Shown here: positions 24,131-36,190 of the stretch, in pieces | Layout: each line of letters starts with the position of its first letter | How positions within the stretch are numbered: the first letter of the stretch is position 1 | DNA from: Ginglymostoma cirratum | Taxonomy: Eukaryota | DNA: 64,000 bases | NCBI GenBank assembly: GCA_024137785.1 | Contig: JAHRHZ010000002.1 | Coordinates: forward strand, 4,359,329 to 4,423,328 | Direction: 5' to 3' | The notes under the pieces: generated by a model | Told to the model about the DNA's origin: nothing | Database searches by the model: none | The model's input: the letters and a program-made list of their open reading frames with translations, nothing else | Translations under genes and position numbers: made by a program

Positions 24131-24899
24131 CTGTAAAGTAAAGGTGAAACACATAAGAGTGCAATATAATCATATCCAAAATTAGATAAGCAGTGTGTAG
24201 TGAGAATCCCTCAGAGTATAACGAAAGTGAGAAAAAAAACTGTAAATAATCTAAGAGAAGAAAACAAATCTAAGAAAGGGAAGTGAAAGAGTTACTCTGA
24301 ATCTTTCTCCCCTAGAACATTGTTAATAATCTGGCTCAACCAGTTCAAATGCATCAGTTGAGTTATTGCAATTGCAGGAGGGGTAACTTCCTCCACCCTA
24401 CAATTCAGCTCATTTGACAACAAAATCAGAAGACCACTCCTCTCTAACCAGACTGATGCCTAATTTAAATGCAAGTCTGCAGCAATAACAAAACTGCAGA
24501 AGTAGCAGAATTCTATCACATCAAAATGGGAGGGACACCCAACATGATTGGAAGTCTGACACAATGTCAAACAGTAGGTTAGAAGCAGCTCAGTGAATCA
24601 TTGATTCAATGTTCAGATTCACAGATAGTCCCCTGATTCCAAATTGCTTCTTCGTCATGTTTCCCCTCTGTTTATATCAGGAATATTTTGCTATCATTTG
24701 GTGTACTTGTTATTATATCTTGATCACAAGGAGCAACAGCAGTTTCAGAAAGCAATTCTCAGTGAGGCACCAGATGAAGTGGAGTTATGTATATACAGCA
24801 AATTTTGATTTAACTGACCCTTCCTCAGAACCCGAAATGTTAATTCTGATTCTTTCTTCACAGACCTGCTGAGCTTTTCCAATAACTTCTGCTTTTGTC

Positions 24900-27800
24900 C
24901 TTGTCCTTTAAACCTGACCAGGTGTCATCCCATTTTCTGACCACGATATCTTCACTACTTCCTTGCTCAGCTTCTACATTGAATGGCTTCTCATCTTAGG
25001 TGATTTCTATTTCTATCAAAACATATTATTTTCCCTTTCCTCTAGGTTCACTTACTCTTCTAACCTCCCTTAAATCCTTCATCCATACAAGCTCAACCCA
25101 TAATCATAGTTGTCCCCTTGACCTTACCCATTCATGTCATCTTAGTGCTATGTAAGGAGCCAGACTTTATAAAAGATCTTAAAGTAAGGGAACACTTAGG
25201 AGGCAGCGATCATAATATGGTAGAGTTCAGCCTGCGGTTTGAAAGAGAGAAGGCATAGTCGGATGTAATGGTGTTACAGTTAAATAAAGGTAATTACAGG
25301 GGCATGAGAGAGGAACTGACGAAAATCGACTGGAAGCAGAGCCTGGCGGGGAAGACAGTAGAACAACAATGGCAGGAGTTTCTGGGTGTAACTGAGGACA
25401 CAATACAGAGGTTCATCCCAAAGAAAAAGATTATCTGGGGGAGGATTAGACAGCCGTGGCTGACAAAGGAAGTCAGGAAATGTATCAAAGAAAAAGAGAG
25501 AGCCTATATAGTGGCCAAGAGCACTGGGAAATCAGAAGATTGGGAAGGGTACAAGAACAAACAGAGGATAACAAAGAGAGAAATAAGGAAGGAGAGGATC
25601 ACATATGAAGGTAGGCTAGCCAGTAATATTAGAAATGATAGTAAAAGTTTCTTTCAATACATAAGAAACAAACGAGAGGCAAAAGTAGACATTGGGCCGC
25701 TCTAAACTGATACTGGAAGGCTAGTGATGGGAGATAAGGAAATAGCTGAAGAACTTAATAAGTATTTTGCGTCAGTCTTCACAGTGGAAGACATGAGTAA
25801 TATCCCAACAATTAAGGAGAGTTGAGTATGGTAGGCATTACAAAAGAGAAAGTGCTAGAAAAGCTAAAAGGTCTAAAAATTGATAAATCTCCTGGCCCCG
25901 ATGGGCTACATCCTAGAGTTCTAAGGGAGGTGGCTGAGGAAATAGCGGAGGCGTTGGTTGTGATCTTTCAAAAGTCACTGGAGTCAGGGGTAGTCCCAGA
26001 TGATTGGAAAATCGCTGTTGTAACCCCCTTGTTTAAGAAAGGATCAAGGCAAAAGATGGAAAATTATAGGCCGATTAGCCTAACCTCGGTTGTTGGTAAA
26101 ATTCTAGAATCCATCGTTAAGGATGAGATTTCTAAATTCTTGGAAGTGCAGGGTCGGATTAGGACAAGTCAGCACGGATTTAGTAAGGGGAGGTCGTGTC
26201 TGACAAACCTGTTAGAATTCTTTGAAGAGGTAACAAGTAGGTTAGACCAGGGAAACCCAGTGGATGTTATCTATCTAGACTTTCAAAAGGCCTTTGATAA
26301 GGTGCCTCTCGGGAGGCTGCTGAGTAAGGTGAGGGCCCATGGTGTTCGAGGTGAGTTACTGGCATGGATTGAGGATTGGCTGTCTGACAGAAGGCAGAGA
26401 GTGGGATAAAAGGCTCTTTTTCGGAATGGCAACCGGTGACAAGTGGTGTCCCGCTGGGTTCAGTGTTGGGGCTGCAGCTGTTCACTTTATATATTAATGA
26501 TCTGGATGAAGGGACTGGGGGCATTCTGGCGAAGTTTGCTGATGATACGAAGTTAGGTGGACGGGCAGGTAGTATGGAGGAGGTGGGGAGGCTGCAGAAT
26601 GATTTAGACAGTTTAGGAGAGTGGTCCAGGACATGGCTGATGAAATTCAACGTGAGCAAATGTGAGGTCTTGCACTTTGGAAAAAAGAATACAGGCATGG
26701 ACTATTTTCTGAACGGTGAGAAAATTCATAAAGCCGAAGTACAAAGGGATCTGGGAGTGCTAGTACAGGATTCTCTAAAGGTTAACTTGCAGGTTGAGTC
26801 CGTGATTAAGAAAGCGAATGGAATGTTGTCATTTATCTCAAGAGCATTGGAATATAAAAGCAGCGATGAGCTTCTGAGACTTTATAAAGCTCTAGTTAGG
26901 TCCCATTTAGAATACTGTGTCCAATTTTGGGCCCCACACCTCAGGAAGGACATACTGGCACTGGAGCGTGTCCAGCGGAGATTCACACGGATGATCCCTG
27001 GAATGGTAGGCCTAACATATGATGAACGGCTGAGGATCCTGGGATTGTATTCATTAGAGTTTAGACGGTTGAGGGGAGATCGAATAGAAACTTACAAGAT
27101 AATGCATGGCTTAGAAAGGGTGGACGCTGGGAAGTTGTTTCTGTTAGGTGGGGATACTAGGACCCGTGGGCACAGCCTTAGAATTAGAGGGGGTCAATTT
27201 CGAACGGAAATGAGGAGACATTTCTTCAGCCAGAGAGTGGTGGGCCTGTGGAATTCATTGCCACGGAGCGCAGTGGAGACCGGGACGTTAAATGTCTTTA
27301 AGGCAGAGATTGATAAATTCTTGATCTTGCAAGGAATCAAGAGCTACGGGGAGAGTGCGGGTAAGTGGAGTTGAAATGCCCATCAGCCATGATTAAATGG
27401 TGGAGTGGACTCGATGGGCTGAATGGCCTTACTTCCACTCCTATGTCTTATGGTCTTATGTTGCCTGACTACAGTCATTGTATTGATCATAGATAAAGCC
27501 ACCGATCAATTCCATGTAACACTCCCAATTCTCCTGTAAATACACTTTCAAAAGCTATAATTTGGCTTCCATTCACATATTTCTGCAGCTACCGATTTAC
27601 ATACCCCTGAGTTCAAGTAATATAGGCTTGAAAGAATACGTCAGATAACTGGTTTGTCATTTACTATTACATCTGGCTGGGCCACATAAAGCATTATCAT
27701 GTCTTACTCTCCTGCTAAAACTTCTCACTGCTACAGGATCACCATGGGATGCAAAGGTACCCTCTGGTTTCTATTCTCTTTTACAAACTGTCTTAATCTG

Positions 27801-28600
27801 TCTACCTCACCTCCAACAATAATTGTGTGGAGTTTATGGATTTCTTTGTTACTATGATCAAGATCATCCCATCTGCTACTTCTCTCCGTTCCATTAGCAC
27901 ATCAGGACAAACTTCCATTAATGTCCCTCTCCCACAGCTCTGAACTCATATCTTTCTCTAGTTTCTTTCCTAACCCCCTCATGTCCTCTCTGAGCCCATC
28001 TTGTCCATGCAAACCACCTCCTGTTCCCTCAACCCTATTATGATTAAACTGCTAATCACCCAAATTCCCCTCTTGGTCCCTGTGTTATCTTATCATTGTT
28101 CAGTTTTCTCTCTTTCAATTATTGTTCCCTGTCCTTCAAATTTGCCATTATCTACTCTCCCCTCCAAAAAGAAAACTGACACTGTTTCCTTCTAATTTAT
28201 CCCCCCGTCTCATTTTTCTTTGCAAAATCCTTGAACGTGCGAAGACCTTCCAAATTTGCTCCCATCCCTTCTCCAACTTCACATTTAAATACCTCCAATC
28301 ATGTTTCGGTCCCTGTATCAGTACTGAAATGTCTTTTATGAAAGTCACAAATAATATCCAATGTGAATGTGACAAGGATAAACTATTCCCCTCTTCCTCC
28401 TCTGCAGCCTGTGACACAGTTGAACTCACCACCCTCCATTAACACCCCTCCACTGTCATCCAGAAAGATGGAGCTGATGTCACCTGGTTCCATTCCTATC
28501 TATTCAATCATAGCCAGAGTAATCCTTGCAATTGTTTCCCCCACACTACTTCTCAACCAATTGCTGTTCCTCGATGACTTCATCTGAAAACACAGCGTTT
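24900..28600 (+). mobile_element. Old L2-like LINE interrupted by a CR1
   Basis: LILGDF endonuclease remnant near 24990. FLCKILER...LQSCFGPCISTE...KVTNNI...SAACDTV RT remnant in ORF 28122-28442. Confidence 0.65.
25154..27460 (+). mobile_element. Young CR1 LINE, 5'-truncated ORF2 with a few disruptions
   Basis: ORFs 25268-25705, 25822-26409 and 26436-27374 (NYRPISLTS, YLDFQKAFDKV, KFADDTK); ends in a TCTTATGGTCTTATG tail. Confidence 0.96.
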
Positions 28601-29569
28601 ATTCTCACATGCACATTATTTGTCACGGCCCCTCATAAACCCCTAAGCCAACACACTCTGTGTCCATCATGAGCAGATCTCAGAAGCTATGTAGAGATGA
28701 ATCAAAAAAATCTAAAAATCTAAAGCAGCTCTGAATGAATAACATTCCCATTCATGCAAGCAGCAAAGATTTTAATTTTTTTTAAGTCCAATCACCTCAC
28801 CACCATCTCCCTTGGCTCTTCCACTGTATAAGATTGTTTGTGCAACAGAGTTTCAGATCAACAGAAATTTCCTCTGGCTAAAAATGAGAGCGCCTAAATT
28901 ACTGTCTTTGGTCTCCATTACAAGTTCCACTTCCTAATCACTAATTTTATACCTCTTCCTGGTAACTGTTGTAAACTTTTGAAAGTAAGTAAAGGAGGAG
29001 ACCTGAAATTAATTTTTATTCCATTTAGATTTATTCAGAGAGTCAAACCTAACAAATATATATCTCCCGTCACAAGCTCTCCTTGTGTTGTGTAGGATTT
29101 GAAACAGAACCTCCGGGGTTAAGAGTCCAATTATCATCCAACTGACATATTGGGACTTTTATGTTCTCTTTATCTTTGCTCAAGTAATGATCAAATGAGA
29201 GTCCCCGAGCCACATACACTTATCCTGCTTTCTGCAATTAAGAGTGAAGAGTGCTCTGCAGTCACCATTGCAGTGAGGCAGAGTGGGAAGAATGTTGTGC
29301 AGTCAGTTCTTGTTGAAAAAACAAGCAAGAGATAAACCCCAGAAAGTGTATAAGTTCATTGTCGGTATTAGGAAAGGGAGAACCTGAAGGCAGGAAGGTC
29401 AAGCCAAAATTCAGACCTGACACAGATGCTTGTTTTTTGGGAGTGAGTATCTATCAACTGGTCGTAGCCCTATTCTTTTCTCAAGTTTTAACATATATAC
29501 ACATTGGTGGTAAAGTTAATATAATATATAAAAAGCAACATAAATAACTAATTAACTAAAACTCAGTCT

Positions 29570-32530
29570 CACTTTCCTTCTCACTGTTTCCCTTGATGCT
29601 CCCTCTCTCCTTTTCTCTCCCTGTCACTCTCCCTTTCCCCCATCTCACCCTTCCCACTCTCTCACTCTCCCTTTCCCCCTCATTCCCCTTTCCTTTACTC
29701 CTCTCTCACTCTGCCTTTCCCTCACCCTTATTCACTCTCCATTACCCACTCTCTCACTCTCCCTTTCCCTCCCTCTCACTCTCACTTTCCCTTCCCCTCA
29801 CTCTCCCTGCCTCTCCCTCTCACTCTCCCTTTCCTCCTCTCAATCTTCCTTTTGCACACTCCCTTATTCTCCCTTTCCTCCCCCTCACTTTCACTTCTCC
29901 CTTTCTCTCCCTCAGTATCTCACTCTCTCCCTTTCCCTCTCCCTCACTCTGTCTCCCCTTCCTTCCTCCAACTGTCCGTTTTTTATTTTCTCACTATTCC
30001 TGTGTCCCTCTCTCTCTCCCTTTCCCTCCGCCTCACTCTGTCTCCCTTTCCCCCTCTCTGTCTCACTTTCCTCCCCCTCACTTTCCCTTTTCCACCTGCT
30101 CACTGTCCTGTCCCCCTTCTCTCACTGTCTCTCCTCTTTGCTCTCCCATTCCAACTCACTGTATGCCTTTCCCCTTCTCTCAATGTCACTCTATCATTCC
30201 CTCATCCTCACTCACCCTTTCCCTTCTAGCCCTCTCCCTTTCACATTCTCTCACTCTCCCTTTCCCTCTCTCATTCCCTCACTCTCATTTTCCCTGCCCC
30301 TCCCTCACTCTCCCTTACCCCCTTACTCTGTCTCCCTTTCCCTCCCCCTCATGCTCCCTTTCTCCATCTCTCACTCTCCCTTTCCCTACCCCTCACTGTA
30401 CCCCTTTTCTCCTCTGTCACTTTCCTTCTCCCTTGTCATCACTCTCCCTTTTCCTTTCCCTCCCTCTCATACATTTCCCTCCCCCCTTTTCTCCGTTCCA
30501 ACTCTCTCTCTCTCCCTTTCCCTCCCCCTCACTGTCCTGTCCACCTCTCTCACTATTCCTTTCACTCTCACTTCTCTTCACTCTCCCTTTCCCTCCCCCA
30601 CCCTCCATCACTCTCCCTTTCCCTCTCACTGTCTCACTCTCTATTTCCGTCTCCTTTCCCCACTGTCTCACTCTCACTTAGCCTTTCCCTCATCCGCACT
30701 CTCCCTTTCCCTTCCCCATTTCCCATTCCCACTGTCTCACTCTCTCTTTTCCTCTCCCTTACTTACCCATTTCCCCTCTCTCACTCTCCTTATCCCAAGC
30801 TCTCATTCCACCGTTGCCTCTCCCTGTCTCCCTTTTCCCCACACTCTGTCTCCCTTTCTCTTCCCTCCACTCTCATTTTTCCTACCCCTCATTCTCCCTT
30901 TCAACCCCCGCTCTTCCTTGTCCCCTCTCTCACTCTTCCTTTTCAATAGACAATAGACAATAGACAATAGGTGCAGGAGTAGGCCATTCGGCCCTTCGAA
31001 CCAGCACCACCATTCATTATGATCATGGCTGATCATCCACAATCAGTATCCTGTTCCTGCCTTATCCCCATAACCCTTAATTCCATTACCTATAAGAACA
31101 CTATCCATCTCTTTCTTGAAAGTATCCAGAGACTTGGCCTCCACTGCCTTCTGGGGCAGAGCATTCCATATATCCACCACTCTCTGGGTGAAGAAGTTTT
31201 TCCTCCTCTCACTCGATCCTCCTCTCTCCCTTTCCCACATTCTCATTTTCCCTTTCCCATTCCCTGTCTTGCACTCTCCCGTTCCCTCTCCCACACTCTC
31301 CCTCCCTCTCACTCTCCCTTTCCCCTTCTCACACTCTTCCTTCCCCTTTCCCTTTCTCCAATCTCCTCCCCGACACTCCGTCTCTCTTTCACCATCTCTC
31401 ACTCTCCCTATCATTCATCCTCACTCTCCCTTTCCCTCATCCTGTCTCCCTTTCCCTCCCTTTCACTCTGCATTTCCCTCCCTCCCTTTCCCACATTCTC
31501 AGTCCTTTTCCCTCTCCTTATTCTCCCGTTCCCCCTCTCTCACTCTCCTGTTTCCCTCTCTCTCACTCTCCCTCCTCCTCATTTCCCCTTACCATTTTCT
31601 CATTCACCCTTTCCTACTCTTTCACTCTCCCTTTCCCTTTCCCTCCCCCTCCCTTTGTCTCCCTTTCCCATGCTCACTCACCTTTCCCTTCTCCTCACTC
31701 TCCATTTTCCTCCACCTTTCTCCCCTTCCCACTCTCTCTCCCTTTCCGTCACCCCTACTCTCTGTTCTCCCCCCTCACTGTCCCTTTTTCCTTCACATGC
31801 TTCCTTTCCCCCCTCTCACTCTCCCTTTCCCTTTCCCTCACTCTCCCTTCCGGTCCTTGTCTCTCCTGTTCTCTGTCTCTCACTCTCCTTTTCCCACTCT
31901 CACCCTCCCTTTCCCAGTTATTCTGTCTTCCTTCCCCCTCTCTCACTCTCACTCTCCCCACTCATCCTTTCCCTTCCCCCAATCCCCATTTCCCTCCCCC
32001 TCACTCTCCATTTTGCTCCACCTCTTCCCCTTCCCACTCTCTCTCTCCCTTTCCCTTGTTCCCACTATCCAATTCCCTCCCTCTCCCTTTCCCTCCCCCT
32101 CACTTCAAATTCCACTCCTCACTCTTCCTTTTCCCCTCTCTCATTGTCCCTCCTCCTTGCTCACCCTTTCCCACTCTCTCATTCTCCTTTTCCCACACTC
32201 TTACTCTCCCTTCCCCTCTTACTCTCCTTTCCTTTCCCCTCACTCTTCTTTTCCCTTCCCCTCACCTTCCCTTCCTCCCTTTCACTTTCATTTCTCCACA
32301 CTCTACCGTTCCCATTCTCACTCTTTCTCCTTCGCACTCTCCCTTTACCACTCTCTCATTCTACCTTTCCGACTCTCTCACTCTCCCTTCCCTTCCCCCT
32401 CACCCTCCCTTCCCCTCCCCCTCACTCTCTCATTCCCTCCCTCTCACTCTCCCTTTCTCACTCTCTGTCTTTCTCTCTCTTCCCCTCTTCCCTTTCCCAT
32501 TCTCTCGGTCTCCCTTTCCCCTTTTCACCC
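29570..32530. repeat. About 3-kb CT-rich (GA-rich on the transcribed strand) degenerate minisatellite in alpha intron 2
   Basis: Recurring CTCTCACTCTCCCTTTCCC-like units with almost no G on plus. A smaller patch occurs at 33540-33830. Confidence 0.95.
30943..31208 (-). mobile_element. CR1 3' end inserted in the CT tract
   Basis: (CAATAGA)n tail; NFFTQRVVDIWNALPQKAVEA. Confidence 0.9.
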
Positions 32531-33540
32531 ATAAGATGTAGGAGCAGAATTCGGCCATTTGTTCCATCAGTTTCCTCTGTTATTCAATCATGACTGATAT
32601 GATTCTCAACCCCATTCTCCTGCCTTCTCCCCATAACCTTTGATCCCCTTACCAATCAAGAACCTATCTGTCTCAGCCTTAAATACACTCAATGACATGG
32701 CCTCTACATGTTGGCAAGGTGACTCAGTGGTTAGCCTCACAGCATCAGGGACCCAAGTTTGATTCCACCCTTGCGTGACTGTGTGGAGTTTGCACGTTCT
32801 CTCTTATGTCTGTGTGGGTTTCCTCCAGGTGCTCTGGTTTCCTCACACAGTCCAAAGATGTGCAAGTTATGTTGATTGGCTACAGTAAAATTGTCTACAG
32901 ATGTGCAGGCTAGGTGAGTTAGTCATGATAAATCAGGATAGGCTTTTTGGGGTAGGTGCAGACTTGTTAGACTGAATGGCCTCTTTTTGCACTGTAGGGA
33001 TTTCCATTGCACTGAGTTCCACAGATTAACTACTATCTGGCTGGATAAATTCCTCATCTCAGTTCTAAAGGATTGTATCTTCACTCTGAGGCTGTTGCTC
33101 AGGTCCTAGTCTCTCCCACTATTGGAAACATTTTCTCTATGTCAACTCTATTCAGGCCTCTCAATATCCTGTAAATTTCAGTTAGATCCCACCCCCCCTC
33201 CCCCAATCATCCTTCTAAACTCCATCAAGTACAGACCCAGAGTCCTCAGCTGGTCCTCATATGACAAGCCCTTCACCCCCAGGATCATTCTTGTAAACCT
33301 CCTCTGGACCCTCTCCAACAGCAGCACATCTTTCCTTAGATACTGGGCCCAAAACTGCTCACAATATTCCAAACACAGTATGACCAGAGTCTTACATAGC
33401 CTGAGCAATACATCTCTGCTGTTACATTCTACTTCTCTTGAAATGTATTTGCCTCCTAACTGCAACTGAACCTACATGTTAACCTTTGTGCTTCAGATAT
33501 ACGAAGCCTTTCCCCATTTAGAAAATATTCCCATTTTTCC
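32530..33540 (-). mobile_element. CR1 3' portion with a nested HE1-like SINE (about 32712-33002, plus strand)
   Basis: LEYCEQFWAQYLRKDVLLLERVQRRFTRMI; SINE core GGTGACTCAGTGGTTAGC...TGTGGAGTTTGCACGTTC. Confidence 0.85.
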
Positions 33541-34173
33541 CATTCTTTCACTCACCCTTTCATTTTTCCCAGTCTCTCCCTCTCTCACCATTTCTCTCCC
33601 TTCCTTTTCCATTCTTTATTCAACCATTTCCCCTCTCTGTATATTTCTCTCTTCCTCCATCTCACTCCCCCCGCCCCCACTCCCTGTCTTTCCCAATCTC
33701 TTACCGTCCCTGGTCTCTCACTCTCATTATCATTATATCCCCTTCCCTCTGTCACTATTTCAAACCCCCCACCCCCGGCACCGCTTTCCTTCCTATTCGC
33801 ACTATTCAACTCCTTTATTTTTCCCAGGTTGGCCAAAGAAAAGTCAATCCGGGTGAAATACAAAACCTTTGCACCGCTGAATCATTGGTGCCCACATCCT
33901 TGGCCAACATTCCGTGTTCAAATCAAAGCGGCAGTTTATTTCCCCCCGTACAGAGACTGACGGGGACACACAGCAGGGAAACAGGCCGTTCGGCCCATCT
34001 GAAGGAGCCTGCGGAACAGAAATCTTGGCACCACGTGCAGGCAGATATCCCGGTGACAGCCTCTGAAGGCTCAGTCAGTCTCTCTCACACACACAGGGTT
34101 TCTATCTCACTCCCTGCCCGCACCAGCCCCCAGCTCCCCCGGCCAGGATCGGGCAGTCACATACGGACCTTAC

Positions 34174-34422
34174 CTTTCGGTTCCGGGGTCCCGGCGGACA
34201 GGTTCATGTCAACTTTCAAATTGTTTTTGACGATGGCGATATTGGCTGAGATCGCCGCCTCTCCTCCCTGCATGTGGCGACCGGCAAACTCGGGGATCCG
34301 GGCCACCTCCTTCTTCAGGTTGAAGTCCATGTAGAAAACCTCATCTCCGTCCTCCTCCAGATCAAAGTGTTTCTCGGGACTGCGCTGCTGCACAAAATAC
34401 ACCTGGGTATAATCGTACAGAT
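34174..34422 (-). CDS. DAA: MHC class II alpha chain, exon 2 (alpha-1 peptide-binding domain)
   Basis: TGTCTCTTTCAG acceptor and GTAAGG donor; 249 nt. (Y)LYDYTQVYFVQQRSPEKHFDLEEDGDEVFYMDFNLKKEVARIPEF...ANIAIVKNNLKVDMNLSAGTPEPK contains the class II alpha-1 motifs DGDExFYxDF and NIAIxKxNL, plus an NLS sequon. Confidence 0.97.
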
Positions 34423-35109
34423 CTGAAAGAGACAGGGACAGAGAGATCAAACCAGGGAACACCCGCAGAAGGTGGTTCTCACAGAGTGAGCACTGAGCAG
34501 AGCTTCGGGAGGTGACCCTCCTTCTCACAGCCTGCCTCAGGCACTGGCCAGACCGCAGTTACCAGCTTCCACCCCACCGTGAAAATTACTGGCAACAAAA
34601 TGTTTCCCTAATGCCCCTCGTTTTTCAAGTCGCTGTTATGTTAACGATTTAAGAGAGCTCTTTCGTACGTCTCTTGACACAAATGTTTTTAGTTGTTGAG
34701 GTGTAGAATGATGCAGTGGTCCGGAGTGTGGTGATTATTTAGACAAACTAGGAGCAGGAGTAGGCCATTTGGCCCATCCACCTGCTTTGCCATTCAGTAG
34801 GATCACAGGCTGATCCTCCAGTTCAGTTTCATCTCATGCTTTCTCCCCTTGATGCCTTTAATATGTAAAACTTATTTATTCCTTTCTTCAATATATTCAG
34901 TGAGTTGGCCTCCACAGTCTTCTATGGTAGAGAATTCCCTTTGGGTAAAGAAGCTTTTCCTCATTTCAGTCCTAAATGGCCTACCCTGTGTCCTGAGACT
35001 GAGTCCCCTGGTTCTGGACTGCCCAACTGGGAAAAACATCCTCCCTGCATCTTGTCTGTCCAGCCCTGTTAGAATTTCATGTTTCAGTCAGATCCCCTAT
35101 TCAATGATG

Positions 35110-36190
35110 ATGATTTGATTTATGATGATTTGATATATTGTCACGTATCCCTAAGTGCAGTGAAAAGCTTTGTTTGTGAGCAGTGCAGGCAAATCATAAT
35201 AAGCAAGGACATACAGATTATACGGTGAAAAAACTTGGACAACCTCTCTCTCTCTCAAAGTAGGAAAAACTAAAAACCTGATCATTGACTTAATAAAAAA
35301 GGAGAACACACCCCCATCTACACCAACACAGTGAGAGGGTTGAGAGCATCAAGTTCTGAGAAGTGATGATAACCAACAACCTGTCCTGGATTTTCCATGT
35401 AGATGCAACGGTCAAGAAGGCATAACAATGCTTGCCTAGGACCATATGAAACTAAAGAAGGTGGTGTGCACAGCCCAGACCATCCATGGATTCCATTCAC
35501 ATGGCTCACTGCTGCGGAACGGCTGTCAACATCATCAAAGACCCTTCGCACCCCGGTAATGCTCTCCTACAACCTCTTCCATCATGCAGAAGGTACAGAA
35601 GCGTGCACACACGCACCAGCAGGTACAAGAACAGCTTCTTCCTGGCCATTATTAGATTGGTGAATGGACTCTCTAACTTCAAATAACACTGATCTTGCTA
35701 ACGTTGATCTAGCCTAGCGCATGCTCTGTACAACGTAACCTGTATACCTTGATTGATTCATTCATGGTCGAGTGTACTGAAATACAGTGAAAAGCTTTGT
35801 TTACGAGCAGTACAGGCAGAACATAATAAGCAAGGATGTACAGATCAAAATGACTTAGACAGAGGCATACAGGTTACATTGCACTAGGCAAGATCAATGT
35901 TAGTTTTGCCAACATTGAGAGAGAGGTTGTTATCATTGCACCACATCGTCAAGCCCTCTATCTCCTTTCTGTATTCTGACTCATCGTTGTTTGATATCAG
36001 TTCTACCACGGTGATGTCATCAGGAACTTGTAGTTGCAGTTTGTTTGGAATTTGACAACACAGTCATGGGTGTACAGAGAGTACAGTAGGGGGCTGAGAA
36101 TACATCCTAGAGGGGGCTGCAGTGTTGAGTGTTATCGCAGAGGAGGTGCAGTTGTCTGTCTTCACTGAATGCGGTCTATGGGTTAGAACT
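35110..36190. mobile_element. Rex1/Babar-like LINE 3' fragments in alternating orientation
   Basis: NIIKDPSHPGNALLQPLPSCRRYRS (plus). The 3' UTR of the 57.7-60.9 kb element appears inverted at about 35130 and 35770. Confidence 0.75.

Noticed and set aside
29593-32593. Long ORFs (362, 524 and 472 aa) rich in S/P/L/F
   Set aside because: They are an artefact of the stop-poor CT repeat and have no protein-like composition.
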